From NCBI GenBank assembly GCA_905331295.1, contig CAJNYD010000585.1, positions 1-64,000 on the forward strand: DNA of 64,000 bases, written 5' to 3'. Within the stretch, counting starts at the first letter, position 1, and each line of letters starts with the position of its first letter. Origin of the DNA: Rotaria socialis. Taxonomy: Eukaryota. A program made the position numbers and the translations under genes. The notes under the pieces were generated by a model. That model was not told the DNA's origin. It searched no databases and worked only from the letters and a program-made list of their open reading frames with translations. Shown here piece by piece: positions 41,391 to 54,600 of this stretch.

Positions 41391-44195
41391 ATGGATACGC
41401 CAGTGTTCTTCCATCAAAATACATACAAACGAAGACACAAACACTCCTTTCATTTTATTCAAAATGCACAACTTTATGACAGTTGGTGTCCGAAAAATGG
41501 CTACCCAGATGCATGCTTTATTGTAAGCAAAAACGGGTGGGCTGATGGTGACACATTCAATGACTGGTTCTTGCATCATTTTGTACCAAATGTAAAACAC
41601 GAAAAACGACCGATTCTTTTGATAATAGACGGTTATAAATCTCACATTTCAACGAAAATCATTAAAGTAACTCTGGAGCACCATGTTCATATTGAATACT
41701 TGCCACCCTCACTCAACGACACTGTTACAGCCTTTAGATGTTGTAACATTATCAAAAGTAAAAACAGCATGGAGATAGCTGTTCAAAAAACATGCAACCA
41801 AAAAGTAAATTCAAAATCTATTAATAAACCACAATTTGTTTTATTGGTAAGTTCTAGCATTATCATGCCGCAAGCGTTTATCTATATTTTTTGATTGCTG
41901 AACTGTTCAAAACTCTATATTGCCAAGTCATTGTGCTTCTGGTTTTCTTAAATCCGGAATTTATCCATATGATCCTCGAGTTATATCAAAAGAAAAGTTA
42001 TTAGAACCACCAACAGTAACGACAAGCTTCTCATATCAACCTGTTGCCTGTTCGAATTCCATTGATAAATCGTTTTCAAACTTTAATGATTTAACATTGA
42101 AAGCGTGCCTATCGACAACTAGACCATCTTCATGTACAAACATTTTATTAACTGGTATGTACATAATAAGAATATCAGTGTTAATACTAATGACACTTCT
42201 CTAGCACAACTTCAGCACAGTGCAATCTATCTTCACCAACATCAAAACCATCTTTAAATTGTCTCATCACAACTAATCAAGTTGGTCTAGGTACCGCATC
42301 AACCATCCATCGAAAATGTACTTTATTTTCGATTTTTAGCTTTTAAGATATGATATAATTTGTCAAATAGCATTTTACTAAATTCGACCATGAAAGATTT
42401 AACAACATCAACTGATATTTTTTTTCAAGTGAATTGGAAGAAAAAATAAGCCTATTATGCTTTAATATTGATTTTATAGGTCCAATGACAACATTCATAT
42501 TAGACGACGTTACCAATGACATATCGATAGACGCCAGTGCTAGTTTTAACACTATTAATACTTCAAGTAAAATAAAATGAACTACAAAAATATCTAGTTC
42601 AAATACTTTTTCTAATCATAGATGTATCAAATATCGTGTGGTCAATAATACTCCTGTCGTTTACGATGATAACGAAAATAAAATATATACAGCTAAGCAT
42701 ATCAAACTTCAAATAATTTTCAATTACTTTCAATTTTAGATTTGGCCAATGTTTCAATGGTGGCAAACAACAACAACAATCAAGCATTAACATCACCATC
42801 AATGTACTTCAGTAGGTTCTTATACTTTCATGATTATAGTACTTATTTTATGCTCATAGATCAGAATTTATATACCGACAATATGTCCACATTTGCATCA
42901 ACATCCAAACACTGTGTAGCATTTTATATTGTTTGTGTTTTTAGTAATCGAATTAAAAAGAAACATTTTTTAATTTTGATAATAAAAACTCCTACAGCGC
43001 ACCTGTGGATCAAGATTCAAAACCAAAAGAAGTGCCAATAGCGACACCGGTGTCCTCGATGCAACATCAATATATTTCGAACACAATTTATCAACCTCCA
43101 TTTTACAATACGTCAACATTGAATCAACCTGTTTTACAGTCTCAATCGACCCCTTATTCATCATATGCAGCTGGTCCAATTGCTCAATCCCAATCGAATT
43201 CTTATTCATCGTATTCAACGGACCCATTCGATCAATCGCAAACAAATAATACATCAAGTCAAAGTTGAGTATACTGGCAATATTCTAATACGAACAACTA
43301 CCAGTTATAGTCCTAAGATGTTCTTCATCTTCGAACTAACTCTACTAGTTATCCCTTTGCACTACTTCATTCTGATTTAGTAAATATTTGAATAAGCTGT
43401 AAAATAATATGAAAGATATACTGAGGTTTCTGATTGACCCTTATTAACTACTTGATTAGAAATGTTTGTTTTTTTCAGTTTTTTTTTTGAACAACTGACT
43501 ACTTTTATTGTTATCAATGTACATTAATTTGTAAGAAATGCATTCGTGATGATAAAAAATTAGAAAAGAAATAAATTAGATTTAAATAATATTTTAGGAG
43601 AAACATTTTTGTCATTGAAATATCATTGAAATTATATTTTTCTTTGAAAAAAAGTTACTTATACTAATATCAGTGAATTCAGTTGCAATTCCACATTTAC
43701 CACACTTGCTTCTGCTCAATTATACATTTACCCCGTATGAGGTAAATGTGTAGAAAAATTTTGATTTTAGCTCTTTTGTTAAAACTTTATATTGGCTATA
43801 TAAATTTTTGAAATAGTTTCATGTTCTCGATAAAATATTAACGTATCCATTCGTGAAAAAAATTCTTAAAAAAATCAATCAGACCGACTAAAAATTTTAT
43901 TTTACTAAGCAAGCAAAAATAGCTGAGATTATACATTTACCCCGCTAACACCAGCAAGATTATACATTTGACTCAAACGAGGTAAATGTATAATTCTGTT
44001 GAAGCTCTCAGGAGATTTATCCCCACTATCTTTTCGTTCCATATTTTTTGAAAATGTTTTCACTGATCGATTGAAAAGAATTTTCTTTACATTTCTCTAA
44101 CAGAAAGTATTTCAAAATAGCCGATCATAAAAAAGATACGAGAGAAGTAAAAAGCATCTTCAATTTTTCTTTCACATCTACCCCATCTGACTCTA
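41391..44195 (+). mobile_element. Degenerate, 5'-truncated pogo-type (DDE_1, D35D) DNA transposon with introns
   Basis: SKNGWADGDTFNDWFLHHFVP..RPILLIIDGYKSH..LPP, then a frameshift into HSTTLLQPLDV, with 35 residues between the last two Asp. Then SGFLKSGIYPYDP. Subterminal TACATTTACCCC/GGTAAATGT repeats at about 43690-43990. A putative right TIR CACATCTACCCCATCTGACTC-TA ends at 44195. Left TIR and HTH not found. Confidence 0.82.
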
Positions 44196-44481
44196 ATATG
44201 ATTATTGTAGATACTATAAGAATAAATTCTAGATTAATTTTTCTTTAGGGTTGTAAATGGCTAGGTCAAATGCAAAATCTTCAATATAGTAATTAATACT
44301 AAAAGAAAATCTTTCGAAGTAATAAAACTCATATCCAATCAAAACTAAATACTTTAGTAAAAAATAATAACTATTTTATTTAGCTTCACTATCAAAATGA
44401 TCTGATTTTGAAATTGAATAACTTCACCATAAGTTACCAGTTTTAGTATCAGTATAAAAGATAACACTGGTGCTGTATCAA

Positions 44482-44525
44482 GGGTGTGGATGTGGATTTC
44501 TGCTTCACTAAATATCACACCACAC
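44482..44525. repeat. Degenerate GGGTGTGG...CCACAC inverted repeat, similar to 2008-2072
   Basis: GGGTGTGGATGTGG at 44482-44495 and CACACCACAC at 44516-44525. Confidence 0.45.
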
Positions 44526-45084
44526 GCGGACCTTAGTACTTGTTCAGCGAAACATACTACTTTGGTTACCCAATGCAGTACCTACATCAGTATGGTTACT
44601 GAGAATTTTCTAAGTACCCTTAACCCTTAATAGGTACCCTGAACTCAGTACACTCCCTAGGATACGTTCATTTTTTTTATCTTAACTAAAGAGAGAGAGA
44701 CCGAGAGAAGTAAATTTGCAAATTAGATTCGGATTTTATCGACAGGAGGGTGTCTTCAGACATGTTCAGATGTGCTACTTGACAACAGAACTTCTCAATA
44801 TAGTCTTCAATTTAGACTCAATCGGAAATTTATTTTTTCTTTCAGTTAACATGATTTGTATGCGCCCATTTTAGATCGATTGAAACAGAGTTTCTACTCC
44901 TACACACTAGAACAATAGTAGGCAGAAAAAGAAGCAAGTAGCAGCGAATAGTCATCATCACGCTTTTGATATTTAGATATGCTAATGGAGATGTATTTTA
45001 CCAGATGCCAAATGGTTTCTCTAGAAACAAATGTCCTTTCAAGTTGTCATCTACGCTATAATACATTCTAACGGTATCATGGTA

Positions 45085-45270
45085 TGAAGAGCTATTTCTC
45101 TTATTTTAAGTGCTTTTTTTTGTAAATTTTCAGTGTTTCCGAATAATTACTCATGTTTGTACATAAAAGACCAATGTTCTTGCTGTAATAAATGGTCAAT
45201 GAAGGATGATGTTCCGGTACAATTTTCAGCTTGATTTTAAGGGATTCTTCTTAAAATGAAATCACTGTAG
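45085..45270 (-). pseudogene. TPR-repeat gene remnant
   Basis: Manual translation gives VISF*EESLKIKLKIVPEHHPSLTIYYSKNIGLLCTNMSNYSETLKIYKK, then after a frameshift ALKIREIAL. This is the same repeat type as the TPRs at 5-5.9 kb. Confidence 0.65.
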
Positions 45271-46725
45271 TCAAACTTACGGTTTCTGTCTTGAGGGAAA
45301 TTAATTTCTTGAATGTAGCTAATGAAGTTGATCACATCGTAGGATATTCAGTCATAGTACTTGCCAATGAAGCATTTTTTAGCTAAACTGAGTAGATATC
45401 GTTTTTTTAAACTATGTTTTGTCAATCTGTCAACATAGAACTTCATAAATGCATTTTACATTCTATATCAAGGTTTGGCACACTAGTTTTATATTGAGGC
45501 CAAAAAGATGAAAAACAAACAAACTGCTGATTTTCTTTTAAGGGTGCATATGAATACCAGGATCTTATTTTTCTCTTACCTGCTCATAACTCTGCATTAA
45601 CATCCTAATAATGGTTGATCTTACAATATGAACGGAAAATGTGTGATACCAATAATGTTTTATTTTGGTTTAAGAGAAAAATTTACAAAGATAATAAAAT
45701 GTAGTAGTTCAAAGAAGATGATATCAACTTTGCTTATGAAGTAAAATTAAAAAATGAAATTTCAAAATGATCTTACAAATGTCGACTCATTTTCTTTCAA
45801 GTAATAGGAAAAAGAAAAGTTCTTTAACTACGTGAAAACTTTTGTATTCTTTGGTTTCCAGCGTCAGCTACATAGAGATTTAGTTGCGAGTCTAATGCCA
45901 CTGCACTTGGACCATTCAAAGTTGTAGCACTATTTCCTGTTGTTCCAGTTCCTGCAATGGTAATACCATTTGAATTATTGCTGAAGAATTGTATGCGATT
46001 ATTACTTTGATCAGCTACATAGATGTTGCCATATGGATCAAGTGTTAAACCCATCGGATTGTTAAGCGTTGTTGATGAACTGCCAGATACCCCAGTCGTA
46101 CCGGCAATTAATGCCCAATTGCTAGCACCTAATTTCCAATGAACTGTATTGTGCCCGAGAAAGTTAGCGATGACAAGGTTATTTGATGATGACTCGAAGT
46201 ATACACCAGAGGGAGATGCTAATTGGTAGTTTGCGAATCCATATCAATTTCCACCAGCAACTATAGTACCGCTCGATGCATTTAAAAGATATTGCACCAC
46301 ACGATTATTACCGTTGTTCGAAATGTAAAGTGTGCCTGTGTTTGGATCGCGCATGAAGCAATAGGGAAAGATGAGTTGATTGAGTGCATTTCCTGAGCCA
46401 TCTAAGAAGAAAATAGATAATCATCATAGTACACGTGGCGTTTTTCAAATGTTATGTAAAATTTATATTTAAATCAGCTTTCAGTACTCCATATATCAAC
46501 AAATAGAGATGCTTGCAATATGAATTTTTTTCTTGTAAAAAATAGCTCCTACTCTCTTCTTTTGAATGATGAGAATTCGGTCTCGATACGTAAAATTGTT
46601 GCACACATAAAATATCATAGTACTCCACTGTTGAGTACCAACTTTTTCTCGTTTTGTTCAGATCTTTCACATACAAAATGAGTGATAAGTATGCGAGTGT
46701 GGATTGGAATGGTACTTAGGTGTAG

Positions 46726-46960
46726 CCTAGGTCGAACATTCCGGCAACCGAATCCCGTAGGATACTCCAGAAAATGTGCGGAAAATCGCTGGAACATGGA
46801 AGCAGTATTTCGGTCAACAATACGGCCGGACTTTTCCGGCAGGAACTGATCGGAAATCACCGAAAAAAATCCGAAAATTTTCCAACCGGAGTACTGCTTC
46901 CACAAAATCAACGGAACCAATTGGAACCGGCCGTTTCCAGGCCGGACTGTTCGATCTGGG
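46726..46960. mobile_element. MITE (235 bp) with CCC..GGG-type termini and 2-bp TSD, in NHL intron 3
   Basis: Left CCTAGGTCGAACATTCCGGC versus right reverse complement CCCAGATCGAACAGTCCGGC (17/20). AG on both flanks. Internal inverted pair GGAAGCAGTA/TACTGCTTCC. Confidence 0.88.
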
Positions 46961-48567
46961 AGATGAAACAAAGAGTCTTGCCCCTAACCATATTTTTGTT
47001 GGAAGAAACATGAATCAAGTGTAACAAAACATTTCACAATACGATAATGGGATATTCTAAATTATGATGAAAGTGTTACTGGTTCTAGTAATCATCTAAC
47101 TGAGTGCTCCTTTTATTACTTGTCAATAGCAAATATGTTGAAAGATACACTTTTTGGGTGTGGGTGTCAAAAGTCATTTTATATTTCTTACTGAAGCCTG
47201 CAACTGTTACGCCATTCGACGCACCGCTATTCCATAGTTGAATACGATTATTATATTTGTCTAATGCATAGACATTATCATTTGAATCCACAGCTACACC
47301 AATAGGATAATTCAGGAAAGCAGATGTATTACCCGATGCACCATTCGTCTGACCAGCTACTGTTGTACTGGTATTCGATGATCCAATAACATATTTTTGA
47401 ATCCGATTTAGACTAGTCTCAGCAACATAGAGTGCATTAGATGAATCAATGGCCAAAGCAGTTGGTCCGCCGGATGCATCGGAAACTACGGTTGTGCCCG
47501 TCGAATTCCAACCAAATGAGAGTATTATCGCTAAGAAAAACATAATAATCATTTGATGATTTTTATTTTTCTGAAAGCGTTTAACGTTCGACTGTATAAT
47601 AAGGATATAGTCGATTGGAAGAAAAAAGTAAGTTCTTCAATAATTGATATTGCATGTAATAACTCTTGATGGCATGCGAGTGAAAAATGAATGGTATCGT
47701 CCTTCAGAACAATATAGAAGAAAGTAGATGCCACACATTTCTGACTGATGTACCCTATACTTTAATCTATTTTCTTTTTTTATCACATGATGAGTTATAT
47801 TTCTCCTCACAAATCAGATATGGAGAGTATTGAAAATCTTACACATCAAAGTTTGCATCTTGTTGGCTTGTATTTAGGAGCACATCTTTCAATCTATTAC
47901 TCAAAACACACTAGTTTAAGTCATTTAAATTACTTGTTGCCGTTGCTGTTGTTGTAGTTGATGTTGATGCCATAGTACCTAAAGAGCTTCAATTCAATTA
48001 TTTTTGGCAAACATATTTTGCCGTTGAATAATGCACGTGACACTTATTCTCGTCATATAAATAACTTTGATGTGACTAGAGTAATCCTTATTCGAACGTG
48101 AATTTCAAAAAGATAAACTTTCGTATTTACGCAATTTGAGTGCAAATATCGACACGAGCAGCTATATATTGATTGAGTGGGTGCAAAGTTTCGTTTCTTC
48201 GGATGGAGATTATTTTTGACTGAGGCTATGAATATTCATGAATAAATTCATCTAAGATCTAAATAGCGACAAACTACACCGATTTTTTACAGGACTCCAT
48301 CAAGAGAGTTAGAGAAAGGGGCAAGCATTTATCTTTTGAATTGCAGTCTGCTGTTCTTTTGAAAGGGCCACTGTGAACGTCCTTGAATAGGAATGGAATT
48401 GATAAATTACTACTCTTTTTGTATGATATTAAAACTTTTAGTCACACGTTGATTGAATGCTACAATATCGTGCTACCCATAGGCGATGAAAGTAGATCAT
48501 GCCATTATTATCAATACATCCAGGTTATTATAGGCTTGCGCTTAATCAAGTTTCAATCCGTGATATA

Positions 48568-48959
48568 CACTCTAAACAAAAAAGGTAATTTTACCGAGCC
48601 CTACAAAAAGGTTTCGTACGTGTCAAAAAGTTTCCAAATGCGTTTAAAGGCTTGAAAAAACGATTGTTAAAATCTACGAAACCTTTTTAAGTTCCGTACA
48701 GCGAATAGGGTTTCGTAAAAAAATACGAAACCTTTATAGTTTTTTATTGAACCTTTTGGTTTCGTATAAAACCATAGTGCAAAACTATAAAGGTTTCGTA
48801 GGAGATGGTTCGGACCGTGTGTCTGCGATCAGATCCTTTTAAGGTTCCGTATATTTTAACAAGCGATTTTTCAAGCCTTTGAAGGCATTTGGGAGCTTTT
48901 TGACACGTACGAAACCTTTTTGTAGGGTTTGGTAAAATTACCTTTTTTCGTTTAGAGTG
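48568..48959. mobile_element. MITE (392 bp) with about 120-bp TIRs, CACTC termini and TA TSD, in NHL intron 1
   Basis: TA|CACTCTAAACAAAAAAGGTAATTTTACC...GGTAAAATTACCTTTTTTCGTTTAGAGTG|TA. Repeated AAGGTTTCGTA/TACGAAACCTT motifs inside. Confidence 0.93.
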
Positions 48960-51690
48960 TAGTCTAGTTTTAATGATAGCTTGTATCTTTTTCTAAAAGA
49001 TCTAAACAAACTTTGAGTGTTTCTTTATTAAAAATAATCATATTATACATAGCATTTTGAAGTGTTTTCCATGTTACAATATTGCCAAAATGAATACGTA
49101 CGTATTTGACTAAACACCCCGATTGCAGCGAGTGATGATAAAAGTATTACAACCCAACCGGCGCCGCAAAATAAATACCATGTTCTTAGATGAAAGAGTT
49201 TTCTAAATAATTTAAAATTAAAAAGATTATTCATATTAGATATCAATGAATCGAAGTTAAATGGCTCCATAAAACTGTTAGAGTAGGATTATGTGAAGGT
49301 ATAAATAATATTCTTGCGTTGTCATACTCATTCGTATCACATTTAATTACCTAAAATGTTCTTCTAAAATTCGTCACATCATTACGAGAAATATGCCTGT
49401 TGCAGCTTAGAACTTGCTGTCCAGCTCATCATTATAGGATTATCTTGTTATTATATACTAGAGACCCTGGGATACACTAGCTTCTAGTCATATCTTCTGA
49501 AAATGTTAGTTTATTTATTGAGTAGTTTGATACTAAGTCATTAGAATAATACTAAACCTAGAAAACAAACACCCTAGCTATCTACCGAAAGTGAAGTATT
49601 TTTTAATGCATAGCACACATGTAATCGAAATAATATCGGCAATGTCAGCAAAATGTTCTTTTCAGACTTTTTACTATATAAAATGAATAGTAATTTTACT
49701 GTTTCACTATTTTGCGTTGTAATTTTTCACTTAGAATATTGCTCGGTTATGAACTGTTCGATGGTAATACCCGATTTGACTTAGTTTTCAGTCCACTTTT
49801 TATGGATCTCTAAAGAGAGCAGTAAGTATAAAATTGATCGATAGCAAATACTGTGAATAAAAATTGACTTACTATGAAAGAAGGAGTCATGTTCCGCAAT
49901 TCACGAGCAGTGCTGGGATGTCTTGTAGCCATCTAGCAATATTGAGCTGTAGGTGTATATAGTAGCGTGATAATCTGTATCAGTTGCAGTGACTGAATGG
50001 GAACGATCTGAAATCTGTCTACCGAAAGAAATGACTCACGTTTTTATTATTCAATAATGTTTTTTTAAAAATTATTAATCGAAAGTCTTAATGAAGTATT
50101 ACAAAATAGTTGTAAGATGAACTGTCTTCCTTTCGTATGCTAAAATGTGCGTTATTTATACGTACCAGAAAAACACGAATTTAATGGCAATAGTATACAC
50201 ACCATAGATGAAACCAGTACTGATTACTAGCTTTGACAGATAAATCAAAAAAGTAAAAACTTTACTTTTAAAAGTTTATGACATCTTACAGGCACTGTGA
50301 AGAAGAAATCTAAAACCATTTTAACAATACTATAAAATAATTGAAAATTTTTGAAAAAATCTCAAGTACTTCCAATTGTGAGCTTTGCCATGATGTAAGG
50401 GAGCGATCAGGTAAAATAAATAAAATATGAAGATCTTTCAATTTGCAGCACTCTATTTGAACAGTCTTATGTTCGATAAAGTATTTTACGACTTGAGAAA
50501 GTGATTCAACGAAAATGCACGGGTGCCAATTAAACCCTTGATACATTTCAAGTGACTAAATTTCATTCTCTGTAGTTTAAAAAATTGGTGTGTATGAACA
50601 TATTGATTCCATGTCAATGACTATAACTGCATCCGAATTTATTTCTAGTATTGATTCTAGCGAACACTTTACTTTTAATCGGTGTAACTCTTCTAGATCT
50701 AGACGCATCTATTTTTCAAGCTTTCATATTGGAGAGATAAATTACACTTTATATCGATTAATATTAAAAGCATTGCTTGTATTAGTACAACCAGGTTTTG
50801 GGACCGAAGAGCCGAGCTCAAATTCATTCAGGTAAGTATAACCTGTTAGACTGGTTCAGTATTTTCTCATCGTGTTACATTCAGTCACCTTGAAAAACCG
50901 TTTTAATTCAGTCTATTTTAGGAGTCGAATCGCGAAGCTTCGGAAAAAATAACAAATTTAGATAACAAAAAAATGAAGGCGTTATACTGAGAAGATGTCC
51001 ATCATATATTTTATACTATCGCATACGTTACTTTTTTTTAATATTATTGACTTGCTTGTAATTATTGATCAGAAATCAGAATCTAATTCTATTTTATTTT
51101 TTTCGATTGAGCTATGATTATGTTTACGCTCGGGGAAGAGTATAATAGAAATTCATTTTTCACATAGTCATGCCTACTAATTCAAATCTTCATCGCATGA
51201 TTGAATAATATAAGGCTAATCAAATAAGTATAGATGAAAATATATAAAAACTAATAAAAGACGAATAGTGATCAAGCGTCAAACATGCAATGAAGTAATA
51301 ACTAAAGGGATTCACCCAACATCTTCACCCTCGATACTGTATTTGTGTCTGTTTTCAATGCGTGCTTTGTAAAGAAGATGGATTCGAGAAAGATCCGTGC
51401 GTATGTCAAATAGTTTTAATAAAAGACGATTGTACAGTCAGAAAATAGAAGAAAGCAACCCATGCACTTCACTCATATACACATGTGCAGCCTCATGATC
51501 GATTCTGCATTTTTTTGTTCGTGCAACAAAAGACAAATGCAATGTATAATAAAATCAATTGTAAATAAATAAAGTTATTATTTATAGAATGTTTCATTTT
51601 ATGTCATTAAAAGTTTATTCATTAACAAAAATATAATGATATATATATGCATACATATATATTATATAAACAATATTCTAAGGAGAAAAA

Positions 51691-54600
51691 TCACACAGCT
51701 AGTAAAAGACACACGCCACCTAAAACCCATTTAGCTGGTTTTTCTTTTGTACGTAAATTAAATGTCCAGACAAATGTTGGGCCACGTTGTTTTGTTTTAT
51801 ATACTGGACATTCATAAATATTCTTTGTTTCACGTCGATCAACTATAAAATAGAAACATAAATTTAAAAAATTGATGCGCAGTCAAATAAATCCTTACCA
51901 GGAATAGCTTTAACAAAACAAACTGGCATCATTGGTGTTAATTCTTTTAAGCGAGCTTCGCTTAGTTGACCTGTTTGTGTATCCCATCTTGCACCTTCCA
52001 TATAAAGTCCATGAACGTAGGCACCTTCACGTGGTGCACCACCTAATTCTTCACGAGTCTTTTTCGTCACATCAACTGATAGACACATTTTATCTAATGG
52101 CCATTCATTTTTACGCGCTGTTGTTTGCATAATAGCTGTTAAAAATGATTGAGGATTAAATAGACCACCAAGCCAAACAGCAGCTGGCAATTGAAAGTCG
52201 CCTGTCCAGATTTCTAATTCTTTAATACGTACTAATAAATCACTATACCATAAGCCAAGACTAAACATGGATGGATAAGCACGTTTTGTCCATGCAGCAG
52301 GTACTTGTTCGAAAAAGAGTGAATCTTGTAATAATTCCATATCAGCTGTTATAGTTAATTCACCTTTAAGACCAAGATTGAGTTCTTTTAATGATCGACG
52401 AATTTCGCTCGTCAAATAATTCATACGTTCACATTCTTGTAAAGCAACAACGGTATATGGAGTTTTTTCCTCAGCTTTAGCATAAAGTTCTCGAACCGGA
52501 AATTCATCGGGTAATTTTTCCAAAATTTCATCTAATTTCGCTTTTATTTTTTCTTCACGTGTCATTCCTGCACCTTCACCGCCAGCACCTGCACCTGCAT
52601 CACGCGGTTGCATTTCTAATACAGTTTTAAATAAGTTTTCACTAGTCGTGGTTAGAAAATCAATTTCAGCATTAGGATGTAAACCATAGAGATATGGTGA
52701 TTCGGGTGGAAGAAATTCATCAATGTAGCCATGGTAGCCTTTATAATCAGTTGATGGTGGAATTGGAAAATTAGGTGCCAGATAGAGTTCACCATCAAAC
52801 TAAATAAAAATTATATTCGTCAAATATTATGAAATTTTCAATAGGTAGTTGAAGTTATCTCTCGATATTGGCGAGGTTACCCATGTAGTCGATAATGCAA
52901 AAATAATGGACATTATTTTCCATTATTTTCACAAATAATGTACATAATGTAATTATAATGCAACCTATATCGTGCAATATAATGCATTAAAATTTTAAAG
53001 TATCATGGAATCTAATTAATTAAAAATTTTTACGCTTTCAATACATTTTATTCCATTATAAATTAAAATTTTAATGCATTTTAATGCATGAAATAGGTTG
53101 CACTATACTTACATTATATACATTATTTGTGAAAGTAATAGAATATAATGTCCATTATTTTATCGATACATTATCGGCTGCATGGGTAAGCTCATCTTAG
53201 ATATGTGTTACTAATAAATGGTAGCGTTTTAATTGTAATATCTGCGTTCTTACCATTGTAGGATTCATATATTCTTCAAGATAAGTTTTACATAAACGAC
53301 GATCCCAATCATCAGTAATATGACCACCGTACATAATTTCACCGAATAGATATCGAAGATCTTCCCCTAGAAATTACAAGATGAATTCTTTAATATTTGT
53401 TATCAACAAAAAAACAGATGTGCCTATAACTTACATGGAACTTTAGAGTTAGCTTCCAAATAATTATAAAGTACATTGACGGATATAGTAAGATCACCAT
53501 TGTTGAATGGATAATTTCGATTCCAACCTTGCGCACCGAATTTTCGTCTAAAAAAGTGAACGGTCATTTTGATCTATTTTTAAATGAAAAAACAACACTT
53601 CCGGCAAGGCTATTTCATTATTAGAAGAAAATCCTACAATCTTGAATCTCATCACTCAAAAAACTCACAGATAAAATTATTTTTTGATGGCTATTAGAAT
53701 GAATACTGTTGGAATTCCTTCTAAGATAATATAGATTTTCAATCAAATTTTTTTCTAGAACATATCTTAAAATGATCTCCCTACTTTGATCAATTATTTT
53801 CTGAAATTGTCATGGTAGTTTCAGAGATTTGCTATTTTTACCAACTAGTATATAAAACATATATAGATATAACGTTACCTCTCAGCAACAACAGCATGAA
53901 AGTAACAAAGAGCAAATAGAATTGATTTGAATTCGGTTTCTTTCGCACACATTTCTAGTGTATCTTGATTGAATAAATCAAGTGCTTTATGTAAATTAGC
54001 TTGCATTCCTGTTGGGGGTTCGTTGGTGCTATGAAATTGAAAATAAATATAGTAAATACTAACTATCTGCTGATGAACAACTTACATCTTAACAGCCGAT
54101 TCAAGAATACCTTGTGGTATACAATGAAAAGCTGGATCAGCTGATGGTTCAGCTGATAAAAATATTCGAAAACTTTCATGACCAGATTCCGCACATTGTT
54201 CTAATTTCTTTTCTAATTGTGGTAACCATTTGGCGACTAGAAGAAAAATACGAAACATAAAATTGTTTTTTTTGTAATAAAACTAATTCAAACCTAAGTG
54301 AATATTTTGTAATACAACCCAATGGCCTGCCTTGGAAGCAACGTCCATAGCTTCTTCAGCAACGATTTGTTGACCTAAACATCCATTGAAATGAATCAGA
54401 AGTTTCCTATTTAGCTCTTCATTTACCTTGACCAAGAGAAATATTATGAAAGGTTTGCTGATTTTGTGTAAAACCTAATTTCTTTCCTAATGCTTCTACA
54501 TCTTTAATTGGATCTACACCGGGTGAAAGAATGAAAAATACAGGTGTGGATGCATTTGTTTCTTCATATGATTTATTAAATGGTACAGCTCGATTTTCAA

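Larger units (their letters stand above)
45824..49270 (-). pseudogene. N-terminally membrane-anchored NHL-repeat (beta-propeller) protein, about 376 codons, with one in-frame TGA
   Basis: Exons 49102-49270, 47934-47978, 47192-47530 and 45824-46401 are all phase-consistent GT-AG. It has a TM segment WYLFCGAGWVVILLSSLAAIGVF, a Thr-rich stalk, and NHL repeats (PIGVAVDSNDNVYALDKYNNRIQLW; PSAVALDSQLNLYVADAGNQRIQKF). TGA at 46244-46246 falls in VAGGN*YG. Confidence 0.85.

Noticed and set aside
46244..46246. In-frame TGA as selenocysteine
   Set aside because: It falls at a consensus Gly, not Cys, and no SECIS-like stem is evident downstream.
46615..47024. Four overlapping ORFs in the NHL intron
   Set aside because: They are a by-product of the GC-richer MITE at 46726-46960.
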